Source: Octopus sinensis (Eukaryota). From it: a stretch of DNA of 64,000 bases. The stretch spans positions 14,942,001 through 15,006,000 of the forward strand of contig NC_043017.1 of the NCBI RefSeq assembly GCF_006345805.1, written 5' to 3'. The notes beneath the pieces are model-generated. The model did no database searches. It was not told where the DNA came from and saw nothing but the letters and a program-made list of their open reading frames with translations. A program made the translations under genes and the position numbers. This document shows, piece by piece, positions 24,549 through 37,015 of the stretch (position 1 is its first letter; every line of letters begins with the position of its first letter).

Positions 24549-27500
24549 TAACTTAAAATTGTATGATAGATTGCCGTCAATTCATTCTCTCTTACCTGTT
24601 CGTGTCTGCCTTCCAATTGCTGTTTTTACTGAGATCTCCCTTTTTAGTAGAAGAATAGCTATAACTCTTTGACTGCTATTTCTAAATTCGGTATGTGGTA
24701 AGGCAATTCGTTGCTAAACCTTTATTGCTTAGTATATATATATATATATAATATATATATATATATTATATATATATATATCATGTATACTTAACTACGT
24801 ACGCACTACACAGTTAAATGCGGGGATTTTCGATGTCTTAGTCTAAGCCATAATTTTGGCTTAAATTCCATTAAATATTGTTCCATATTAAAATTGGTTT
24901 ATTTAAATAATTTCATTGCTTTCTACACATACAAGATTTTATTTTTTAAATATTCTGAAATATTCTAATACCTTCGCATCAACATTTCTAGGATTTCACT
25001 GGAATATTGCCAAGAGGGACACTTTGCCAAAGTAAATACCCAAAATAAAGAACCGAAAAATAATTGAGAAGATTCTCTCCATGACAATGTTTGTTATTTA
25101 CTGAGGGACGGGAGAGGGACAGAGAGGGAGAAACTGGGGTGGAAGAGAGAAATTGTTTTTAGAGTCGTCAGCCTCTTGTTAAATAGCTTATTGTGTTTCA
25201 AGCGTTACATTGTATATTACATTAGTCCGACTGTTGTATATTTTATCCTCTATTACTTTGCTATTATACATTATATAAACATCACACAGCTATTGATACA
25301 GCAATTCTGTCTCGAAATGTTTCCTTTCATTAAATTAAATGACCAATTCTCAGGTATTGAATTCTATTCAACACTCAGAAATATATTGAATACACATATA
25401 CACACAACTATACATATACCTATATACGCCTATTTGTACAAATATATACATATATACATATGCACATATACACACGCCCTATGGTCACAGCGAGAGAAAC
25501 TTTGCACATACACACGCACTGAGCTACACATATACACACACATGCTCACACCTACTTACATACATATTTAAATATATATGTACACACATACAGACCTATG
25601 CACACAACCATCTGTGCATATGTGTGTACGAAAGATTACGGGTCATTACTTCTGTAAATTAGCATTTCGTGTGTGTGTGTGTGTGTGTATGTGTGTGTAT
25701 GTGTGTGTTTGTACGTGTATGTGTATATGTGTGTGAGCATATTTACCTATATGTATACATACACATATATTTACATACTCATATAGAAACACATGCGTGT
25801 GAATGTATACATGTATATATTCCATTAAATATAAGCACATATACGTAAATGTGTGTAACTTCATGTGTGTGAGTGTGTGTGTGTGTGTGTGTCACGATGA
25901 TGATGATGATGCCGTTGGTGATAAACAAAAGGTGCAGCTGTAATGGTGAGCATGCGTAGCATTAATAATTCTCTTTCCTATTAATACTAGGCATGCTCAG
26001 CATTACAGCTGCTTCTTTCTCCCTCTCTTTCTCACTCAATATGTGTGTGTGTGTGTGTGTGTCTGTATGTGTGTAATTTGCACTGTGCGTACTGAGATCT
26101 GAAACGAGGGATCCCATATTTATCCTTAATATTAATGCCGTCAGACAGATTTGAACGCGTTGTTGTTTACATCGTTGGGAAACGGATTTTCCTTTTTACG
26201 ATGATGATATATTCATAACATACTCGATCCAGAGGTGCAATAGATTCTGGGACAGTCGATGTTCCAGTCGCCTCAGCCATTTCGCTGAATTTATAAACAA
26301 AGCCATTAGCTCATATTAAGACTCAAATGTCCGGCTACTTCTATTCTGAGTACTCACTTCTCTCCCTCCCACCTTTTCTATTTATACACACCTCTCTTTC
26401 GCTGTCTGGCTATTGTCAATCAAATGGAGATTAACACCAGTCCTAAAATCCAAGCTAAAGACCATGGCCATGTGCTCAGCAAATGCAACCAAGAGTTCAT
26501 TGCTCTACAAAAGAAGCCAAAGAAGAAGACGTCCTTCGTTGGGGACAGGAAAAGCAAGAAAATTGATTTCCGAATTTTCAGAAGATTTTCCTTATTTTTT
26601 ATGCTATAAGAAAATCTTTCTCAAAATTTCGACTGAACGGAATAATTTTTAGGCCGAGTTTCCAGTGTTTTTACTATTTTCTGCTACGACTAACTTGAGA
26701 CTTCATTTCATCATATCCTCTTCATTCATTCACTCTCTCTTCCTCTGTGCGTGTGAGTGTATATATTCATATACGGGTACATTTGGGGTGATGAACCTAA
26801 TTATAATCAACCTAAAGAGGAATATGTATAAGTAATATTCGTAGCTACTTTCACATGGCTCTCCATTCGAGCAGACTCTACTGCGATTTTTTAGCCCCAA
26901 GAGGACATCTCCTCTAGCTGGTTAATGATGCACAGTTGCACACGATAAAATTGCGAGTAGGGCAGCGGACCCCAACCATCTCCTAGAGACAGGACCAGTA
27001 GACCAGTCCTGGTTTCGGGCTATTTCTGCCATTCCTAGGTACTGAACACCTCGTCTACCAGAGATGATAGCAGCCCGCTTCTGCACGTAATATATATATA
27101 AATATATATTTCAATCGAAGACACAGTCACTGATTTTGCAACAAGCAAAAATGCTAATTCTAAATTCTTTCTAAGAGATCAATGCAGTAGTTGTACTGAC
27201 AAGTAATATTCGTAGCCACTTCAACGTGGCTGTCCGTTCGAGCGCACTCTACTTCTGCACCTGTTCAGACAACGTTCAGCAAACGCTGAAAACGCTCATA
27301 CGTCGTTTTCGACGGAAGTGTCTGTCTGTCTGTCATATATGTATATATATATATATTGAGAGAGCGCGCATGCGCACACACTTATATTCATAAAAATTTA
27401 ATTTGCTGAATACAGATAAATGCACATAAACCAACGGCCCACCGCATTTGCACATACTGAAAGACACACGCCTTCATAACCTGATTGATATGAACACACA

Positions 27501-28491
27501 CACACACACACACACACACGGTTACACATTTATATTCAACGGAATAAACATAAGTTGTTCTTGGTGAAGATGTTGTATGGATTACAACACAATAGCCTAA
27601 TGTATTACAATTCCCCATTTCCAAGCGCTTCTGTACAGCTTCCATTAGTAATATGAGGTTCTGCTAGCAAATGAAAAGCTGTATGGGAGAAAGTGTGAAA
27701 ATCTTATAAATTCTCTTTGAAAAGCTCAAATCCAAAACATCTAGGTTAATAAAATTGCGATATTTCATTCAATTATTCTGTTTACACTCAAGACCTATTA
27801 CACAAATTCAATAATCGTATTTTCCCTAAAGATCATAATTAATTTCCATGCCTACTTCAGGGTGTGTTTCCACATATATACTAATATATGTCTATATACA
27901 CATAATTGCTGTATACACGTAAAAATCCCATTCTAGAAACTCGGATAAATGTCATTTCCGCTGTCTTCAACTTTTGTTATGGATATTAGTTTTATTCTGC
28001 CCAGAAATTCCCCGCAGACATTGCATCAAGTAGCTAAAGCGGTAGGGTGTTGGTCGGTGAAATTAGACCAGCGAGAAGACGACGCAGGGAAACAAATAAC
28101 ATTAGCAAGCGTGTAAGAACGCTGAGAATGGCTGTCGGAATTGTTTTATCGAATGCGAGAATACAACAATCATATATATTAAAGATAGACTTAGAGATAT
28201 ATAAATATAGTTCTGAATATATAGATAGATATAGATATGTAGATATAATTCTATTTGAAATTTCGTTATTTACACATATTTACTAATTTTGGCGAGCGAA
28301 AGAACAAAGCGACCTAACAAGATAACATGCGTAAACAAAAATGAGAACGAAGATATTTTTATCTTATTTTGCTTTGAGTTTTAGTTTAACCTTTCACGTA
28401 ATGTTTATAGAAATACATAATTAGCTGCATGCAGGCATTCATACACTCCCAGATATATTTATGCTTATATATTCATACAAATACAGTCAAG

Positions 28492-28523
<32 letters not shown>

Positions 28524-28616
28524 TATGTGTGTGTGTGTGTGTGTAGTTCTACATAATACTTTCGTTATACACACATGCTAACATACATACATGCGTTAAT
28601 ACATGTATACGTACAC

Positions 28617-28619
<3 letters not shown>

Positions 28620-28667
<48 letters not shown>
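28620..28667. repeat. (GATA)n microsatellite
   Basis: Directly visible. Confidence 0.97.
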
Positions 28668-28835
28668 TGCCTAAAGAGAAGGAGGAATATACGTGATTAT
28701 TAAGGAGAGGAAGAAAAGTTTATATTCTAACGATTGTGGAAAAGAAAAAGGAAAATAGTTGTTGTAACATAATGCGCGTTGGTAACAGTTTGCATCGCAT
28801 TTCAAGGTTAAACAAGAGAATGTTATTTACCGCTG

Positions 28836-28880
<45 letters not shown>

Positions 28881-29710
28881 CTATATAATATATATATATA
28901 TATTATATATATATATATATACACACACAGCATTATAGTGGAAAACCGTTGGTAATGCAGAATGAAAACCGTATCATGACGATATAAATGAACATGGCAC
29001 AACCACACTCACATAAACATATATACCTTGATTTATATCGAAGGAAATGAGAGAGAAGTACTCAGTTGATGCTGTCGAGGATTTTCTTTCTCTAGAAACT
29101 GAAAGAGATAGTCTCCTGATTCGATTTTCCCGCCACTGCAGCCTGCAGGCGAAAATAACTCTGCTGCATCATCTACAAACTGCATTCCTTCTAATAAGAA
29201 GACGCTGTAGACTTCCGTTTACCGTCAGATAAAAATGATTCGGACGAATGATGGGAGAAAAATTGGAGAAGTCGGGTTAAGAAGGAAACGGGAAGAATAA
29301 TGCTGCCCACGCTTGAAAATGGTTCTGCATGATTACAACACAGTTTACTAGGAAAAACCTGGTGAAATGGTAAGTTAACTTCCCACTCTTGATCACCTCG
29401 AACTTTGCACTGAACCGCAAAAAAAAAACAAAAAAACACGATTTTCCCCGATATCATTTTTATGTGGTAAATTCTGAAAATTTCGCGCATGTACGACATG
29501 CTGGTTTATGGACGAGACCTGAATTCCAAATAACCTTTCAACTTCCCTTGAAACGAGACGCGAAAACGCAAATGCGTTGAATGTCGTGGGAGGCAGTCGC
29601 AAACAATTGTGAAGAAAACCGAAATGCACGTGCATCTCGTGGAGGTTATGGGTATAAAAATCAACTTGAACAGCGTTCATACTGGCATTCGTAATTTGGA
29701 CGCACCAGGT

Positions 29711-30924
29711 ATGACCCGATTTTTAGTAGCGCAGATAGAACCAGCTATCGGCCGATCGCATGCAGGGTAGCGTGCCCTGGTTGTTGCGGAAGCTTACGAT
29801 GTCCACGTCAGCACCAACTATTGCCTGCAACAGCGATACAACACCACCAACAGCACTGCAAATCGTGTCCGTAGTGGGCGCTCCGAGTGACCACGCTTAG
29901 GCAAGACCGCTTCATCCACCTGCAATAGCTCCGTAACCGCTTCAGACCGGCCAGCGTGACAGCTCGCGAGACTATTGGCATTGGACAGCGACCCATCAGC
30001 GGCGACACGGTACGACGTCGACTGGCCGCCAACAACCTGCGTTGCCGTCGTCCTGCTCGAAGGCCTGTCCTCACCGCCCGCCACCGTCAGGCACGACTTC
30101 AATGGGCTACACAGCATCGACATTGGCAGCATCAACAATGGAGGTCGATAGTCTTCTCTGACGAGAGCTGGTACTGCGTTTCCACCTCGGATGGCAGAGT
30201 CAGGGTGTGGCGTAGGTGGAGTGAACGCTACAGAGACGCATGTGTCATGGAGGGAGAGACGCGTGGGGTTGCCAGATTATCATGGTTTGGGGTACCATAG
30301 GCCTGAATGAAAGAGGGTATTCCAAAATGTTGGTGCAGGCAGAGGGAATGGCATCACAGCGCAGCGCTACGTTGACCAGATCCTAACGCCTCACATCGTA
30401 CTCTTCTTCGCGCGTCACCATAGCAACGTGTTCCAACAGAAAATTTCTCCCTCCCACACGGCCAGAATTTCCATGGACTTCATGTGGCAGCACAACATCA
30501 GAACTATGCCGTGGCCGGCTCTCAGCTCGGACTTGAACACAATTGAACACCTGTAGAATGAAATTCAGAGGCGGCTGAACCAGGTGGTCCCAAAGCCAAC
30601 AACACGTGTGAAACTGGAGGTAGCTTTCCTCCATGTGTGGGTACAGGTGCCAATGGCTTTAGTGAACCGCCCTATGCACTCCATGTACCGACAGTGTATA
30701 TTTTTGAACACCCAGGGAGGGCATACACGGTATTGAACACGTCACGCCCTACAGTCACGATGTGCTTGATCCGCCCACTACTAGAACGCATGACAACGCG
30801 GCCCATAGACTGTGGTCAAACTGCATCCAACAAATTGACTTATCAAAATTTATCTCTGACATAATAAAATTGAAATATATTTCGCAGTCACACACGTCTC
30901 GCATTTCTTTTGCAGCTCAGTGTA
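29711..30924 (+). mobile_element. Tc1-family (DD34E) transposon, near-full-length transposase pseudogene plus right end
   Basis: Translates to ...RSGRLRVTTLRQDRFI...TVRRRLAANNLRCRRPARRPVLT...WRSIVFSDESWY...MVWG...FQQ(KIS)...WPALSSDLNTIEHL*...GGHTRY* (stop ends 30736); second catalytic D mutated; right end CAGTG+TA at 30918-30924; left TIR not found. Confidence 0.93.
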
Positions 30925-31809
30925 TTTCTGAATATAAGATGTGAGGGTCACGGCTTGAATTACTTGAACCATAAGCTTCCAGTATCAAGTCAAACCGTGT
31001 GCTAAAGAGAATCATCACAATCACCATCATCATCACCACCACCATAAACAACAAGCACAGCATCAACGAATGGACATATTAATGTAGTCATTCAGTTTAA
31101 GCACAGGATGGTCAAGGCTGGAAGCGTTTTTAACATAGGTCCGCTAGATTAGAACAAGCTTCAGGTAAGTCCGAATAAAAGATATTAAACTATAAAAACA
31201 AAAACAAAGAGAAACAAAATAATTGTTTGTCCCAAAAAATTTAATTTTTATTTTTTCCTCCCAATTTTCCTCAGAGATTCGCCAAACTGTCGCAGAATCG
31301 TAAAACAGTTTGCGATCGGAAGTTAATTGTGGCTTTCACAGAGAAAATGCAACTCGAAATAGAATCCTCTTGTGACTTCTACTATCTTCTACAACACGTT
31401 TCTTACTTGTTGTTGTAGTACAGAGGGCGCTTCTCATTACTCCACATTGACAGATTTACCGTCCCAATTCTATCATTTCAATCACAACAGTGTGATCAAC
31501 AACTGAAGGTGATTAATTGCCATTTCCACAAGATAATCGATTTCTTGAAGAAAATCCTTCAGAAATCAATAGATTCGGACGTGCAATTTCTTCGTTGTTT
31601 CAAACATTTTTATAGACAAAAGGTATTTTCTTTTCACCTTATTCATATAGCTGAGGTGTCGGAAAACATTGTACAAAATACATAGATACCGTTGTATATC
31701 TCTAATTATACATGTGCATATATATATATATATATATATATGTAGGTCCCGGGTTGATTCGGGGTTAACCACAGTAAATAAGGTACTCAATACATAGCAG
31801 AGTAAAATT

Positions 31810-31860
31810 AGCTTCCTGAAGATTTCTCTTGAATGAAACAGTTCTAGTCCTGTAGAAGCT
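31810..31860 (+). ncRNA. Type I hammerhead ribozyme with full helix III, predicted GUA cleavage after 31854
   Basis: Stem I AGCTTC/GAAGCT (6 bp); CTGAAGA; stem II TTC/GAA with U.U closing mismatch; GAAA; helix III ACAG/CTGT with 8-nt loop; A17. Confidence 0.75.
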
Positions 31861-31875
31861 CCTTCTATATAATAA

Positions 31876-31916
<41 letters not shown>

Positions 31917-32380
31917 CATGTTCGTATAAGAGTTCTTACGTCTTTATTTGGCTACGACATTATATCCTACAGTAAGATGTAGGTGTGTGCATGGATAAAC
32001 ACACGCACACATATGCACACGGATATTCCTCCATTTGAAATAGGAAACCTTAATGAAGGAGGTATCCAAGAGTTTATTCTTGTGACCACGTTTTGATAGC
32101 AGTTCCGCAGACACCTAAGTACGTTGTCAGAATGCCAGACGCAACAGAAGTGAGAGAAAGGAAGGTTACACGGCGACAAGTAATGTCAAGTAAGTTCATA
32201 ACATTAAAAACAAACGGCAGAGCAGTTGGCTGGCCTCGACTAGAGGAAGTTAGGTTTTTGTTAACTCAAAATCTTCGCAAGGAAAGAAGGTCTCTCTCCC
32301 TCTCCCGGCTATATCTTTTCCCAACAAGCAACTGTAAATATATACATGCGTGTAAGAGTTTATATTATATATATTATATT

Positions 32381-32562
32381 TCTTTTACTTGTTTCCATCA
32401 TTTGACTGCGGCCATGCTGTAGCACCACCTTTAGTCGAGCAAATGAACCTCAGGACTTAGTCTTTGTAAGCTTATTGTATCGGTATGTTTTGCCGAACCG
32501 CAAAAGCTAAGTTACGGGGACATAAACACACCAACATCAGTTGTCAAGCGATGTTAGGGTGA
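32381..32562 (-). mobile_element. SINE family B 3' part
   Basis: CATTTGACTGCGGCCATGCT...GTTACGGGGACATAAACACACCAACATC shared with 40045-40214 and, in part, 63866-63925. Confidence 0.8.
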
Positions 32563-32583
32563 TAAATACAAACAAACATACAT

Positions 32584-32621
<38 letters not shown>

Positions 32622-32820
32622 AATATATATATATTCGGTGAGTTTCAGTTTCCGTCTACCAAATTCACTCAAGGCTATGGTCGGCCCGAGGCTACAGAAG
32701 ATATTATATATATATATATATATATATAATTTTAATCCAAACGGGAAACAAAAAAACAACAACAATGGAACAATTACAGTATTATTATTAATAGGCGCTC
32801 AGGAAAAGGAAGCAGGGAGG

Positions 32821-32858
32821 TATGACGTTTCGAGCGGAGCTCTTCGTCGGAAACATAA
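32821..32858 (-). ncRNA. Minimal hammerhead-like motif with U4C core variant
   Basis: Minus: GTTT-CCGACGA-A-GAGC-TCC-GCTC-GAAACGTC-ATAC; stem I 3/4 paired. Confidence 0.55.
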
Positions 32859-33283
32859 AGAAAGAAGAGAGAGGAAAGAAAGATCCCAGAGCGGGCAACA
32901 GGGAAAGAGAAAAAAGACGACTGGTGTTTACGAGTTGCACATGGTGAAAGGCGGATGTTTACGAAAACAGAGCAAAGTGGGTTTTTAAAGGCAAAAGAGT
33001 GGAGACAAGGTTGGTAACGCAACAGATGTGTGTGTATGTGTGAGTGTGTGCGTGTGCGTGTGTGTATGTGTGTGTGTGAGGCGAGATGAAAAAACAAAAA
33101 AATATATATGTGTGTGTTAGTGTGTGCGTCTGTGTGTAGGCGTGTGAGGTAGGGCGAGATAGTGGTCAGCTTAGCAGACAAAGGTCAGTAGTAAGAAAAA
33201 GAAGGAAGAAGGGAGGGAGGGAGGGGAAGGGGTGGGGGCGTATGTAGCGTGCCAGCGTTTGTTGAGTATATATATATATATAG

Positions 33284-33528
33284 TGAAGGCGCGTGGCTTA
33301 GTGATTAGTGTATTCTGCCCATGATCGTAGGTCGGGAGTTCAAATCCCGGCGACGCGTTGTGTCCTTGAGCAAGACACTATATTTCCCATTTCACACTGT
33401 CACACTGTGTCACACCAATTCTCTTTGAGAATTACGTGAAGAGTACACCGATCTGTGGAGTGTTCAGCTACTTGCACGTTAATTTCACGCAACAGCTGGG
33501 ACCCTCGTTGTCGTAACCGACGGAGTGC
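33284..33528 (+). mobile_element. Full-length tRNA-derived SINE (family C)
   Basis: Box A-like GGCGCGTGGCTTAGTG, box B GTTCAAATCCC, core GTTGTGTCCTTGAGCAAGACACT, 3' tail shared with 692-801. Confidence 0.85.
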
Positions 33529-33646
33529 TTATATGTGTGTGTGTGTGTGTGTGTTCGCATAAGTATTCATATGTATACATGCACACATGTGCAAGTACAC
33601 ACACACGCACACACACACACAGACACACACACACGCATATATACGA

Positions 33647-33764
<118 letters not shown>

Positions 33765-34332
33765 GGTAGGTAGGTGCATATCTACACATGTGCATGTGTT
33801 TAACAATTTTTGCAAAGATAATTGCGTAAAATAATAAAGGATATAAATTCAATAATCATTCCAGAGAATAATGTACAATTAACAAATATACACTGAGTAA
33901 CCGACGTGTGTGTGTGTGTGTGTGTGTTGTGTATGATGAATTATGTACTGTCAAGTATATTTGTTGAAATAACTGGTGTATATATGTGAAATAAAGCATT
34001 TTTAAGTAGTTGTTCGAAGTGTAATTAAGGTTTAAATTCCATTTTTTTTTATGATCATGAAAAATACTCATTTGAAGAGAGAAGATGCAACGAGAAGCAG
34101 TTCCTATTGTCTACCGGATCAGCACAAGAACTATTATAGCAATGAGACCAGTGAACTCTCTTCATATTAGAAATTCACATGTTGCACCTGGCAGCAGGAT
34201 AATAAGAAAACAATTTTGAAAAAACAGGCAAAAATATTAATTTATCTGTGTTAAAGAACTGTTGGTGATGATGTATTCGATAGTTACTTGGTGTCAGAGC
34301 TTTGTTTATCAAGAGAACCTTTCTTCTTTATA

Positions 34333-34394
34333 TGGAGACGTTTCGGCAGGAGAATTTTTATTACATTTCTACTGGCGGCACCTCATCAAACCCA
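34333..34394 (-). ncRNA. Decayed hammerhead relic
   Basis: Minus: TGGGT-TTGATGA-GG...CC-GAAACGTC-TCCA; uncompensated C3U and imperfect stem I. Confidence 0.45.
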
Positions 34395-34757
34395 ACCAAA
34401 ACAGATACCCAATTTTTTTCGCGAGAGTTTCTCAATTCTAAATAAGGGCATGTCCCCGCTCACTGTTCGCTAATTTCAGCGCGAGATATCGATAATTCAT
34501 AGGAATGACATTTCATTTAAAACACCAAGAAAAATCATTGACATTTTTAATGGTTTCGGAGATAGACAATGCGTCATAATTTATTTTGTAGACACCCACC
34601 AAATGTCAATAATAGACACCATGCACGCGCACACACATGTAAGCATACATGAATACAAACATATAGAAATATACATGAGTGCATGTTTGTGAATATATAT
34701 ATTTCATCATCTTGAACCGTTAATCCCTACAGTGTTTTCATTAACCGCCTTAATCAT

Positions 34758-34921
34758 GGTTTCAAATTTTAGTAAAGCCAAGTAGTTTTTGAGGGGCGGG
34801 GGAAGTCGATTACATCGAAAGGATGGAAGGCAAAGTTGTCATCGCCGGAATTTGAATAGAGTATAAAGACGTATAAAAAGCTGCTTAGCATTTTGTCCGG
34901 CATGTTAATGATTTACCAGCC
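34758..34921 (-). mobile_element. SINE family A, diverged copy
   Basis: GGATGGAAGGCAAAGTTGTCATCGCCGGAATTTGAA...GCATTTTGTCCGGCATGTTAATG. Confidence 0.75.
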
Positions 34922-35073
34922 ACTGCACACATTCTACGTAAAGTACTTTCAATACAGAGAAAATAACTCCAAAACAAACCACAACACAGACACATAGAGC
35001 TGTGCTTTTTAGGACAGTGCAAACACGTGATAAAAGTAAGACTACTGAATAATAACAACAACAATAATAATAG

Positions 35074-35371
35074 CAGGCCTGGTTTAATAGTAGTAGATAA
35101 AGAGAATAGAAAATGCTACAATCCCAAATGATGAAAAAAAATCAATATGAGAGGTATAGAAAAATAGCGAAGTGTCAGGACCTGGCCATTGAATTACTGA
35201 GACTATGGAAACTACAATGCATCCCAATAGTTATAGGTGCATTGGGAACTATCCCTAAAAGTTTGAACAGATGGATAGAGGAAATAGGCATCAAAGCCCA
35301 GTTTAATACAGCCCCGGAAGACAGTGTTGTTAGGGACAGCCAGAATACTTAGGAGGGTTCTTGATATCTAA
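35074..35371 (+). mobile_element. RLE-type (R2-superfamily, R4/Dong/Hero-like) non-LTR retrotransposon 3' fragment
   Basis: RPGLIVVDKE...KCQDLAIELLRLWK..CIPIVIGALGTIPKSL...LLGTARILRRVLDI*, the restriction-like endonuclease C-terminus. Confidence 0.85.
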
Positions 35372-36696
35372 GGCTACTTGTACCCCGATGTCAATTTTTT
35401 TTCCAACCGTCTATATGAAAATAATGATAATAATAATCAGCATTGTTGTTTGTGATTTGTATGATGCCCCTCACACATATGCTACAGAAAGTGACCTCAG
35501 GGTACACCTTGAAAAGTGAAGGGGGTGTTTTAGTTAAACGTTCAGTAAGAAAGTAATTAATAACTTTTGGAAACAAAAAATTTAGGGCAAAAACCCAAGA
35601 GCAGATAAACATCCGTCAGGATGAATAATAAGAAGAGTCTGATTTAAGTAGAAAGTATGAGGGGAGGTGATTGGTACTTTATCTTATCGTCCAGGAAAGG
35701 CTTTTAAAAAAGCCAAAGTTGTCCTCAACTAGCAGAAATCAGAAATCCACAACACTTCCTGTATGCAGGCTTTAGTTGGTGTCGTGGAACACTTAGAAAT
35801 TGTCAAATACCTTTACGGAAATAAGCGTGTATCCCTGCAGATGAGCCATTTAAACGCGGAAAGTCAAATATATTCCTTTACTAGAATGGCTTTACACATC
35901 TTTCAGTCATTTAGTATCGCCACGTTTGAGAAATATTAGTAGTACATTGTTGATATTTACAGAAAATATAATCAAACATATTTTGCGCTGCCTGTATCTG
36001 TCTGTCTGTTTCAGTCTGATAAAAATTCCATAGTAATTTTTTGAGCATTGACATTTCCTAAGACTGCTGGAGGTGCGTTTCAGTACCACACACCGTTTCA
36101 TTCTATCATTGTTTCTTTTTCATCACTCTTCCTTTTTTCTGTCTTTCTTTCTTTCTTTCTTTCTTTTTGCCTTATTTATTTTTGTTTCATTTATTTCTGT
36201 GTTCATTATCTTTCTTTTTCCTCTTCTTCTTACTGTTAATGTCGTTGTTCTTGCTGTTGTCATAATTATTGCCGTTGTAACTGTCGATATTATTGTTGTT
36301 CTTGTCGATTTAACAAGAAGAATACTATTAATAATAATAAGTGTTGTTATTATGGTTGTTCTTTTTACAATCAAAAACATTCTTCGGCTGAAACCTGAAT
36401 TTGTCCGTTGCTAAAAGAAGAAATAAAAACAGCCACCAAACCAACCAACCAACCGAACAGCCAGCTAGCCTACCAATCAATAAATCTGCTATCGTGATCT
36501 GTTAATCAATGTTGTTCTCTAAATTATGATGAGAATTTCTTGTCATATCTTTGCTTAATTAGAAAATTAAAATTAAAACGTTTGCAAAGCAGCTTTAAAA
36601 GCCTATTTAATTGCAAAGAGTTTCCTTTTCTGATTTCAAAGTTTGATAACAAATAAGAATGTTTCTTTTCCACATTTCAATAATAATAATAATGTA

Positions 36697-37015
36697 GTCG
36701 CTCGTGGACAAACCATTTAGACGAATTCGATAAAGGCAAATATTGATAGAACAGATACAGAATTTGTGGGAAATGAGATGAAAATATTAACCAATTTTAG
36801 TGATTGCAGTAAGCTAGCCTAAAAAGAGTGTAAAAGCAGGCGTGATTGTGTAAGTAAAGCAGTACATTGGCATGATAACCGTATGTGTAAATTCAAAGTA
36901 GCAGAAAGGTGGTATGGAAACGAGTCAGAGGCTGTGATAAATAATTATAAGATTTTATGGGACTTTCCCCATAAAAACTGACAGCGGCATTGAATCCAGG
37001 AAACTAAATATTAGA
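36697..37015 (+). mobile_element. RLE-type non-LTR retrotransposon fragment (zinc knuckle region)
   Basis: Broken frame QTI*TNSIKANIDRT..RICGK*DENIN..SDCSKLA*KE...KAVHW...KILWDF..IKTD matches the CCHC/RHD/ILWDF region before the RLE domain. Confidence 0.8.

Larger units (their letters stand above)
23696..24734 (+). repeat. Tandem repeat of a 593-bp unit (about 1.75 copies), retrozyme/PLE-pLTR-like, flanked by (TA)n on both sides
   Basis: 23696-24143 recurs at 24289-24734 with about five differences (two substitutions, three 1-nt homopolymer indels); each copy carries a hammerhead motif. Confidence 0.9.

Noticed and set aside
26390-26609. CTCTTTC (TOP-like) start followed by a short basic ORF, possible ribosomal-protein retrocopy
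   Set aside because: Similarity to any ribosomal protein I know is too weak, and there is no poly(A) or TSD.
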